NCBI GenBank assembly: GCA_030149205.1
Contig: JASBSB010000003.1
Span: 360,001 to 392,000, forward strand
Length of the DNA stretch: 32,000 bases
Source: Candidatus Heimdallarchaeota archaeon
GTDB lineage: Archaea; Asgardarchaeota; Heimdallarchaeia; Heimdallarchaeales; Kariarchaeaceae
Direction of reading: 5' to 3'
This document shows, piece by piece, positions 8,880-17,064 of the stretch. The position numbers were made by a program, and so were the translations under genes. Numbering within the stretch: the first letter of the stretch is position 1; the number at the start of each line of letters is the position of its first letter. The notes below the pieces were generated by a model, which did no database searches, had not been told where the DNA came from, and was given only the letters and a program-made list of their open reading frames with translations.

Positions 8880-10235
8880 TTAATCAAATGGAACAAGTCG
8901 TTTACGCTTATTTAACCATCCAATGAAATTATCAGGGGAATCTGGATACTCTCTATAATGTTTGTCCGTTTCCTCAATTAAGGCAATTGTTTTTCTAAGG
9001 TTTAGCAGGATCGAAACTCGTGGAAGGGTTTTTAGGACTTTTAAAATTTTGTTCCAAAAGGTTAGAGTAAAATCTCTGGTTTGAAAAATTTCAATTAGTT
9101 CTTCTTCTGAAATAATCTTCCTCCTAAAAAGAAAGCTAAATCCCGATGGCCCTAACCATTTAATAAATTGAAGTGCCTGATAACTCATTGCATGGGTACT
9201 TCCTGGATATTTCATCACTTCTTTATTGTAACTCCATAGGTCTGCCTTTCTGAAACTTTGTTTTTTCATCGCGTCTAAAACCGCCTTACCAGCAAGATAT
9301 CCAGAAATTAAAGACGGGCCATGACCTTCAGCAGTTGTTGGATCAACCATACAACCCGCCTCCCCAACCAGTAATGCCCCATTAAATACGAGAGAGTCAA
9401 ACGGTGGTCGAATAGGGATCTGCCCTCCACCTGAGTCTAATACCTCATACGTCTTTGGGTCTACCAAAGGATCAAGAACCTCGTGATATATTTGTTTTAG
9501 ACTTTTGTTGTCAGGGTAAGGAATGTTTTTAGGCCAGGTAACCCCAATGTTCAGTTGTTTTGAACCATCTGTGAATATCCAAGCGTATCCTGGAATTGGA
9601 ATAGAATCATGGTACAAAAGAAGAATCTCATTTTTATAGCTATGCTCTTGATCTAACCTTACAATCTCTCTATAAGTTGCAACTGTATTATCATTTGAGA
9701 CCGAATAGTCAACTCCCTGTTTCAATTCACCTCTGATCAATTTCCTTACAGTGCCAACATACCCAGATGCATCTATAACCACATTAGATTTAAGTTCCTG
9801 TAGTTCTCCATCTTTATGAAATTTGACACCAACAATCTGATCACCCTCCCATATGAGGTCTCTTACTTTGGCACCTCCAATAATCTCTGTTCCTTTAGAT
9901 TCAGCAACTTTTAGAAGGCGTTGACCATAATTTAATCGGTGTACAATGTATCCTGGAGCGTTTGCTGTCATTTTATTCTGTAGGGACTGTGAAGCAAACG
10001 TGATATATTCGATAGGAGATGGGAGCTCTGAACCTGAGGGATATTCAATACCAAATTTCTCCTTCAGTAGGTCTGGAGCGATATGGTCTAAAGCATCGCC
10101 ACAACTCTTGTTTCCAATTTTTTCTCTTGATTTTTTGTCTAGGATTACTACCCTGTAACCAGCATCAGCAATTGTTATTGCACTAATCACACCCGATGGG
10201 CCCCCACCGACTACGATTGCATCTGCCCTGTCCAT
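8880..10235 (-). CDS. Geranylgeranyl reductase family flavoprotein (paralog A)
   Basis: VVGGGPSG, GNKSCGDAL, RLNYGQRL, VIDASG, PGYAWIF, LLVGEAG; colinear with 5737-7113. Confidence 0.9.
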   Translation of the reverse strand: MDRADAIVVGGGPSGVISAITIADAGYRVVILDKKSREKIGNKSCGDALDHIAPDLLKEKFGIEYPSGSELPSPIEYITFASQSLQNKMTANAPGYIVHRLNYGQRLLKVAESKGTEIIGGAKVRDLIWEGDQIVGVKFHKDGELQELKSNVVIDASGYVGTVRKLIRGELKQGVDYSVSNDNTVATYREIVRLDQEHSYKNEILLLYHDSIPIPGYAWIFTDGSKQLNIGVTWPKNIPYPDNKSLKQIYHEVLDPLVDPKTYEVLDSGGGQIPIRPPFDSLVFNGALLVGEAGCMVDPTTAEGHGPSLISGYLAGKAVLDAMKKQSFRKADLWSYNKEVMKYPGSTHAMSYQALQFIKWLGPSGFSFLFRRKIISEEELIEIFQTRDFTLTFWNKILKVLKTLPRVSILLNLRKTIALIEETDKHYREYPDSPDNFIGWLNKRKRLVPFD

Positions 10236-10359
10236 AATCTCTTCTAAAAAGCTTATTAGATAATACTTTTTTGGATTTGATTAAGGTGAAAATTAAATTT
10301 CACAAGAAAAACTGAAACATCTTATAAAAATGTCATTTAGATTTTTGTTTCTCAATCTC

Positions 10360-10367
10360 TTTAAAAA
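10360..10367 (+). promoter_or_regulatory. Candidate TATA box for the Grx-TrxR fusion
   Basis: TTTAAAAA centred about 25 bp upstream of ATG 10388; no SD visible. Confidence 0.35.
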
Positions 10368-10387
10368 CTGGAATCAGATACTATTTC

Positions 10388-11578
10388 ATGGAAGAAATTA
10401 AAATAACGAAATTTTATGGGACTAACTGGTGTTCAGATTGTAAAAGAGCTAAAACATTCCTAGGAGAGCAAAGAATCCCATATAATTGGGTTAATATCGA
10501 AGAAGACGAAGAAGCTGCACAGTTTGTTATGAAAGTAAATGATGGAAAGAAAAAAATCCCTACAATTGTATTTTCTGATGGTTCAGTATTAGTTGAGCCT
10601 TCAAATGCAGAGTTGGCTGAAAAACTAGGGATTTCCTCTGATTTAGGTCATGATTTTCATGATATCATTATTGTGGGAGGCGGCCCTGCAGGATTAACAG
10701 CTGGTTTATATGCAGCAAGAGATGGGTATGATGTTGTAATAATTGAAAAAGGGGCATTAGGAGGGCAGGCTGGATTTACCGAGCGATTAGACAATTACCC
10801 TGGTTTTCCAGATGGGATCTCAGGAAGTGATCTTGTCTCAAGAATCATAAGTCAAGTTGAAAGATACAATGTTGAGTTTCTTAGAGCCACTGAGATTAAA
10901 AACGTTAAAAAGGAAAACAATTATTTCATATTGACGACAAACTCTGGAACTGAAATATCTTCCACTGTGGTTCTCATTGCCACTGGATCCAAGTATAAAA
11001 AATTAGGTATTCCAGGTGAATCAGAATTAATTGGCTACAAGATCCATTTTTGTGCAACATGTGATTTCATCTGGTACAAAGGCAAGGAAGTCATCGTGAT
11101 TGGAGGGGGAAATTCTGCTTTCGAAGAATCACTTTTTCTCTCAAGACACCTCAAGAAAGTCACAATTCTGGTAAGAGGTGAGACCCCAAAAGCTTCTCCT
11201 ATACTCCAAGACAAAGTTAAAAAAACATCAAATATTGAAGTGCTCACTAACACAGTAGCAACTGAATTTCTTGTTGGGGAGAAAAAAGAGTTAAGCGGTG
11301 TTAAAATAAAGACTGTCGACACAAATGAGGAAGCAGTTCTGAACCCTGATGGTGTCTTTCTTTTTATTGGGTTATCTCCCAACTCTGAAATTGTCAAAGA
11401 CATAGTTGAAACTAAGGAAGGTGGGTTCATTTATACTGAGTCAAACCTTGAATCAAAAACATCAGGCTTGTTCGCTGCTGGTGATGTGCGTTATACTTCA
11501 ACCAAGCAAGCGGTGTCTGCTATGGGTGAGGGTGCAGCAGCAGCCCTTCACATTAGAGAATATCTCAGAGAACAATAA
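10388..11578 (+). CDS. trxB: Glutaredoxin/NrdH-like domain fused to thioredoxin-disulfide reductase
   Basis: N-terminal YGTNWCSDCKRAK...IPTIVF; then IVGGGPAG, CATCD, VIGGGNSA, FAAGDV. Confidence 0.9.
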   Translation: MEEIKITKFYGTNWCSDCKRAKTFLGEQRIPYNWVNIEEDEEAAQFVMKVNDGKKKIPTIVFSDGSVLVEPSNAELAEKLGISSDLGHDFHDIIIVGGGPAGLTAGLYAARDGYDVVIIEKGALGGQAGFTERLDNYPGFPDGISGSDLVSRIISQVERYNVEFLRATEIKNVKKENNYFILTTNSGTEISSTVVLIATGSKYKKLGIPGESELIGYKIHFCATCDFIWYKGKEVIVIGGGNSAFEESLFLSRHLKKVTILVRGETPKASPILQDKVKKTSNIEVLTNTVATEFLVGEKKELSGVKIKTVDTNEEAVLNPDGVFLFIGLSPNSEIVKDIVETKEGGFIYTESNLESKTSGLFAAGDVRYTSTKQAVSAMGEGAAAALHIREYLREQ

Positions 11579-11598
11579 GTTAACTCAAGTTATTAACA

Positions 11599-12690
11599 TT
11601 AATCCCATGAAATAGGAACCTTGAAAACTAGTTCTGATTCATTTTGCGTGAACTGAATTGTAGCGCCTACAGCTTTTGATTGATTTCCAGTTATTTGTGC
11701 TACTCCATGAGCTAATTCACCTGGATTAATGGATTTGGGGTGAATTTGTACTAAATTTGAGAATTGTTTGATTGAGTCTTCTGAATAAGTTAGAGAACAT
11801 CCTTCTAATTGTATTGAGTAAGGTTTTGTGTACACTACAAATCTAATATTGGAAATACCATCATCAGGTAAATACTGGACTGCTCCCAACTCATTTGGGC
11901 GTATTCCAACAATTGAATACGGGTTGTGTATCAAGTAAATTAACACAAATGCAAATAACCCATAACCAAGCCACAATATAGAGAAAACCCAAATGAGATT
12001 AGTATATCCGAAGAACAACCCCATAACTAAGTACAATGCAAGAAAATAATAGGTGACCTCGCTGAAGTTGTCAACCCAAATAGTAAAGATTCGCTTGAAT
12101 CTTCCATCCCAAGCCCTGTCTACTTGATTTATGAGTCGTTGATTTAAGGTTGCAGGTACCTCTTTTCTCTTGTTCATTATGCGTTGTAGTTCATCAAAAA
12201 AGCGGTCAAATTCTTCCTTATCATATTCTGTTCTGGATATAAATAGATTTGGCGCTTGAAGACCAGTTTTGTTTATCAATAACCAAGGGGTATCAAGAAT
12301 TATACGAATTCCTTCGATCTCACCACGTTCATCTGTTACCTCTGAATCAATGTATAAATCCACAAATTCCCCCCAACTGATTAACCTCTGTGAAAACCAG
12401 AAATCAGACACTAGGAGTCCCTTGTCAATAATTTCATAGCGATGATAGGCTTTATCACGTAAAATTGTAAAAATAGTTAAAATCACTAATAAAGAGATGG
12501 GGATAAATAACTGATCCTTCATTGAAACAAAATCGAATATTAGTTTTAGAGCAAAGGAAAGTATTGTTATCAAAAGGATTAAGTCAAATAATCTTAATTT
12601 TACAAAGTTTACATGTACTGGCTTAAGACTCGTTTGTGGCTTAACTATTGGGGGTAATACATCGTCTACAGGACCACCTTGGATACTCAT
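11599..12690 (-). CDS. Membrane protein: two TM pairs, bacterial PH-like domain, C-terminal beta-rich domain
   Basis: TM hairpin, then RYEIIDKGLLV...RLISWGEFVDL (bPH-like), a second TM pair and a beta-rich C-terminus. Confidence 0.6.
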   Translation of the reverse strand: MSIQGGPVDDVLPPIVKPQTSLKPVHVNFVKLRLFDLILLITILSFALKLIFDFVSMKDQLFIPISLLVILTIFTILRDKAYHRYEIIDKGLLVSDFWFSQRLISWGEFVDLYIDSEVTDERGEIEGIRIILDTPWLLINKTGLQAPNLFISRTEYDKEEFDRFFDELQRIMNKRKEVPATLNQRLINQVDRAWDGRFKRIFTIWVDNFSEVTYYFLALYLVMGLFFGYTNLIWVFSILWLGYGLFAFVLIYLIHNPYSIVGIRPNELGAVQYLPDDGISNIRFVVYTKPYSIQLEGCSLTYSEDSIKQFSNLVQIHPKSINPGELAHGVAQITGNQSKAVGATIQFTQNESELVFKVPISWD

Positions 12691-12766
12691 TTTGTTGAAC
12701 TAGCCCATATATCTTTTAATGAGTATGATTTAGAACGAAATATTCATGATGTTTGCAATAAATTGA

Positions 12767-13702
12767 TTATAATCTTATTCCAAATGACATTGCTTCTGGG
12801 CATTCATCAATACAGGCACCACAGCTTATACAGTTCATATCCGAAATACCTTCAACACCAAACTCGGTAATTTTAACATTCATTGGACATGCTCTTTCAC
12901 ATGACGTACAACCATCCTCACATTTTAGAGGATTTCTTCTTACATGAAGGATACTTTGTTTTGAACAATATCCAAGTAAAGCACCTGTTGGACAAATGTA
13001 TCTACAATAAAACCGGGGAATTTTTACTGAGAGGAGGGAAACTGCAACCAAAAGTAATGATTTTACCAAAATAAAATTAAGATCTCCGCCTACATTACTG
13101 AAAAAGCCTGAAGTTCCAGGAATAACCTCCCAATGAATCATATAAAACCATGTGACAAAAAGTGTTCCCGCTGGATCAAACGCATCCCAAAAAATTCTTG
13201 AGAAGGGATTATCTATTGTCAACACTCCACTTAATCTGGAAAATCCGATAAATGCAGCAAAAACAATTGTTCCAAATAGAATAAATTTTGCGATATTTCT
13301 CAAGAATTGATCGTCCGCCTTATTGATTATCCATCGAGGGTTAGCTGGGATCCAAGCAAGGATATCCTGCCAAAATCCAACTGGACAAACCCATCCACAA
13401 AACATCCTGCCAAGAAGAGCACCAGTTAAGAAGAAAACACCAAGTGCTAAAAATGGAAAATGTCCCTGAGCAAGCAAATATTGAATCTCACTAAACCCAC
13501 CCCAGACAGTTGTAAATGGTGCGCCTGGTGGAGCTACAATAGGAGCTGGAAAGGGGATTCTGGAAAAGCCAATGAACGTGCCATTTATGACGACAAAGAA
13601 AAATATCTGAGACAGTAGTCTAATAAATCTGATTCGTTTTTTGGTTAGTGATTTAAAAAAATCTGCGATCTGTGATGATTCTGGGTTAGTAACTGTTGCC
13701 AT
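12767..13702 (-). CDS. Membrane-bound 4Fe-4S protein (NapH/MauN-like)
   Basis: GRMFCGWVCP, RFYCRYICP, CEDGCTSCERACP and CISCGACIDECP; several TM segments; AGGAG SD. Confidence 0.9.
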   Translation of the reverse strand: MATVTNPESSQIADFFKSLTKKRIRFIRLLSQIFFFVVINGTFIGFSRIPFPAPIVAPPGAPFTTVWGGFSEIQYLLAQGHFPFLALGVFFLTGALLGRMFCGWVCPVGFWQDILAWIPANPRWIINKADDQFLRNIAKFILFGTIVFAAFIGFSRLSGVLTIDNPFSRIFWDAFDPAGTLFVTWFYMIHWEVIPGTSGFFSNVGGDLNFILVKSLLLVAVSLLSVKIPRFYCRYICPTGALLGYCSKQSILHVRRNPLKCEDGCTSCERACPMNVKITEFGVEGISDMNCISCGACIDECPEAMSFGIRL

Positions 13703-13714
13703 ATGATAAACTCC

Positions 13715-13900
13715 TTATTTTGGTGGTGCCATGTTTATCAACCAAGTTTGAAGAAACTCCTTCCAAGCTTTAAGGTTGGTTTGTCTGGTCAGATCCACTG
13801 CTTTAATCAAGTCCTGTTCATTGAGTGCAAAGCCAAGTAACATAAACCCAATACCGATGGCGATTACAGAGTATAGATATATACGAGCATTTACCTGCAC
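13715..13900 (-). CDS. Small single-TM protein upstream of the 4Fe-4S gene
   Basis: 61 aa with an N-terminal hydrophobic helix; ends 12 bp before the 4Fe-4S gene on the same strand; GTG start. Confidence 0.65.
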   Translation of the reverse strand: MQVNARIYLYSVIAIGIGFMLLGFALNEQDLIKAVDLTRQTNLKAWKEFLQTWLINMAPPK

Positions 13901-13991
13901 TAAAATTCTCCAAACTGTTAATTTTTCTAGCTATTAAAGACTTATCGATATTCTTCTACGTCGATGATAAATTGAATAGTTTCAGTGTCTA

Positions 13992-14240
13992 TTAACCACC
14001 ATTAGTTATAAGAAGCTTAATAGTTCGACGATTAACTTCATCCCCACTTACATGGATCAACCCCTGAGTCTCCATACTCATCAATATTTTATTTAACTCC
14101 CTTTGAGAAAATTCGTTATAACTTCGTTTTAATGAGTTTTTTAGGGTAGACTCAACCATTACATCGTGATGTTGTTTAAGAAGTCTGATAATATGTGATA
14201 TCACGTCGACTCTAGTGTAATTTTCAGACATAAGAAACAT
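13992..14240 (-). CDS. Small winged-helix (ArsR-like) protein; true start may be Met4
   Basis: Helix-helix-recognition helix (ELNKILMSMETQGLIHV) followed by a beta wing (RRTIKL). Confidence 0.7.
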   Translation of the reverse strand: MFLMSENYTRVDVISHIIRLLKQHHDVMVESTLKNSLKRSYNEFSQRELNKILMSMETQGLIHVSGDEVNRRTIKLLITNGG

Positions 14241-14373
14241 ATTGTAATAGCAAATTAAAGCTGTTCGCTATCATTTCAGCCTACATCAATAAATAATAGA
14301 AATTAATAATCAAAATTGAACTAATCTAACCAAGGGAAACAATAAGAGATTTAAAGCTTATAAAATACTGTTT

Positions 14374-17028
14374 TTGTTGCAACTTCTAGTTCGTTCATCT
14401 GATAAAGTAAGTCCTCTAAGTTTGGTTGGTGGAAAGGGTTACAATCTCTTAAAACTTATCAATGCAGATATTCCAGTTCCAGATTTTTTCATTTTAACTA
14501 CAGATTCCTATGACTTATTCACTAAAACATATCAATTAGATAAGTTTCTTGATGAGATTAATTTCAATAGCTCACAAATTGATATTAGTCAGACTTCTAA
14601 GCGAATTAGATCTGAATTTGAAAAATATGAACTCCCAGAAGAATTGAAAAACTTAATTCAAGAGGCTTATGAAGAAATTAACTCTCCTCTTTCAGTTAGA
14701 TCATCAGCCACTGTAGAAGATCTACCAAATCTCTCCTTTGCTGGACAGCATGACACTTTTCTGAACGTAACAAATATTGAGGAGCTCTTTGTCTCAATTG
14801 TCAAATGTTTTAGTTCTCTATGGACTGAAAGAGCTATCAGTTATAGAGTGAAAAATAAGGTGAATAACAACAACATAAAACTTGCTACTGTAGTTCAAAA
14901 GATGATCCTCTCTGAAGCTTCTGGAGTAATGTTCACAGCAAACCCAATCACAGGGAATAGAAACCAAACAATTATTGAGGCAGTTTTAGGTTTTGGAGAA
15001 GCTTTAGTTTCAGGAATTGTAGAACCAGATACATATACATTTACCCATTCTGGCGAAATTGTAGAAAAGAAAATTAGAACACAGAAATTAAAGATATCAG
15101 GTGATGAAACTGGAACAAAAACCGAGAAAATAAACGCAAGTGAACAAAAAGTCTCAGATAAGACTGCGATTAGATTGATCGAGTTTGGAAATAACATATC
15201 TAAATTGTACGACAATGATCCGCAAGATGTTGAATGGGTTGTAATCAACCTGAACTCTAATCCAAAGATCTATATTGTTCAGTCTAGAGCTATAACCAGT
15301 TTATATCCACTCCCTAATCATTTACTGAACAAACAAGGTCTAATGTACATCTCAATAAACGCGGTACAGGGAGTTCTTGATCCCTTCACGAACTTAGGTG
15401 CAGATGTATTTTCTGGGTTTATCTTGCATATTGGTGAGGCAATTATGCATAGAAAAATTTCCGAAAAACAAACCGTCATAGTATCAATAGGATATAGAAT
15501 TTGGGCAAATGTATTTCCTGCAATAAAAACTAAACCTTTTGATAGTTTAATCAAAAAATTTGCAACTGTTGCCGAACCTGAAACCCTAAAAATCATAAAT
15601 GAAATAGAAATTGAAGATCCCGACCTTAAACAGAAAAACAAAGTCAGTATCAATAGTTTTCTAATTACTTTTAGAACATTTCTTAACATATTACATAAAA
15701 TTATTCGACTGCAAAGAAATCCTCGAAAAGAAATGATCCGAATAATGAAAAAAATTGACCTCCTAGAAGTAGATATAAGAGAATCCTCACAACAAGTTAC
15801 TGATCTTTCATCATTACATGAATTTCTTACGAATGCTGAGAAAAAAACTGCACAAGGGTTATTTCTATCTCTCATACCAGTCGTTGCAACAGGATTTATG
15901 GATGTGACAATATATTCAAAACTAGTTAAAAGAGTAAACCCAGAAATAGAGCCTTCAAAATTATTGGTGGCACTTCCTAACAACCCAACAACTCAGATGA
16001 ACCTAAGGTTGTGGTATGTACACCTGGAAATTGTTAGCGATAGAGATTCTCAAAACTACTTGGAAAATAAATCTGTTTCAAAACTAAAAGAATTATATGA
16101 AACAAAAGCCCTTCCACCCGTATTTCAATCCGTTCTTGAGAATTTTCTTGATGGTTATGGTTTCAGAGGAAATTTTGAAATTGATATTGGACAGGAACGT
16201 TGGTCAGAGAACCCAGAAATTATCTTTCATATCTTAAAAACATACCTTACCATTGATAGAGATATGGATCCCCAAGATAAATTTAATTCTGATAGGCTTA
16301 AGGTTCAAAATAACATAAAGAATGATATACAAATGCTTCAAAAAAGGAAAGGTGGAAGTGTGTTAGCTTCCCTTTCTCTTGCATTAGTGAAGAGATTTAG
16401 GTTCTTGGCTGGATTGAGGGAGTACCCTAAATTTAGAATCGTGGGAATCCTTACAATAGTGCGTCAAACAGTTCTGAGGATTGGTGAAGACTTAGTAAAA
16501 CAGAAGCTACTAGAGACAAAGAACGACCTGTTTTTCCTTTCAAAGAAAGAGCTGAAACATTTTGCTGGTGATCTTGAAAACATCATGGAACGTATTAAGA
16601 AAAATAAAATTGATTATGAGATAGAAAAACATAGAACAGTAATTCCTCGTATTCTCATGGGAAATGGAGAAGCTTTACAATTTGCAAAACAAAATGTAAC
16701 TAGCGATTCTAAAACTTTAATTGGCTCCCCAGCAGCAGCAGGAAAATATACAGGAGAAGTTAAAGTAATGCTAAAACCAAATGACGGAGGATTAAAAAAT
16801 GGTCAAATTCTTGTTTGTCCAGCAACAGACCCAGCTTGGACTCCTTTGTTTCAGGTTGCGAAGGGACTGATTATGGAGGTTGGCGGAATGATGACTCATG
16901 GGTCAGTAGTTGCAAGAGAAACTGGAATTCCAGCCGTTGTTGGAGTTCCAAACGCAACAATAAAACTAAAGGATGGCATGAAAGTTGAGGTAAATGGTTC
17001 TAATGGGATTATTAGAATTTTAGATTAA
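14374..17028 (+). CDS. PEP-synthase-like ATP-grasp plus swivel phosphohistidine enzyme (rifampin phosphotransferase-like)
   Basis: VGGKG, SVRSSATVEDLPNLSFAGQH, VQSRAIT; central EIDI...RWSENP and REYPK; C-terminal GGMMTHGSVVARE; no PEP-binding barrel; 884 aa. Confidence 0.85.
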   Translation: MLQLLVRSSDKVSPLSLVGGKGYNLLKLINADIPVPDFFILTTDSYDLFTKTYQLDKFLDEINFNSSQIDISQTSKRIRSEFEKYELPEELKNLIQEAYEEINSPLSVRSSATVEDLPNLSFAGQHDTFLNVTNIEELFVSIVKCFSSLWTERAISYRVKNKVNNNNIKLATVVQKMILSEASGVMFTANPITGNRNQTIIEAVLGFGEALVSGIVEPDTYTFTHSGEIVEKKIRTQKLKISGDETGTKTEKINASEQKVSDKTAIRLIEFGNNISKLYDNDPQDVEWVVINLNSNPKIYIVQSRAITSLYPLPNHLLNKQGLMYISINAVQGVLDPFTNLGADVFSGFILHIGEAIMHRKISEKQTVIVSIGYRIWANVFPAIKTKPFDSLIKKFATVAEPETLKIINEIEIEDPDLKQKNKVSINSFLITFRTFLNILHKIIRLQRNPRKEMIRIMKKIDLLEVDIRESSQQVTDLSSLHEFLTNAEKKTAQGLFLSLIPVVATGFMDVTIYSKLVKRVNPEIEPSKLLVALPNNPTTQMNLRLWYVHLEIVSDRDSQNYLENKSVSKLKELYETKALPPVFQSVLENFLDGYGFRGNFEIDIGQERWSENPEIIFHILKTYLTIDRDMDPQDKFNSDRLKVQNNIKNDIQMLQKRKGGSVLASLSLALVKRFRFLAGLREYPKFRIVGILTIVRQTVLRIGEDLVKQKLLETKNDLFFLSKKELKHFAGDLENIMERIKKNKIDYEIEKHRTVIPRILMGNGEALQFAKQNVTSDSKTLIGSPAAAGKYTGEVKVMLKPNDGGLKNGQILVCPATDPAWTPLFQVAKGLIMEVGGMMTHGSVVARETGIPAVVGVPNATIKLKDGMKVEVNGSNGIIRILD

Positions 17029-17064
17029 TTAATTTAATTTTAGAAATCTTGAGCTCGTGACCTC

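Noticed and set aside
13992-14240. Winged-helix protein as an ESCRT-II (Vps25/Vps36) homolog
   Set aside because: Single small WH domain with no ESCRT neighbours; fits a generic archaeal ArsR-like protein.
14241-14373. Rifamycin-associated element upstream of the RPH-like gene
   Set aside because: No inverted repeat of that type is visible; only an AT-rich promoter-like sequence.
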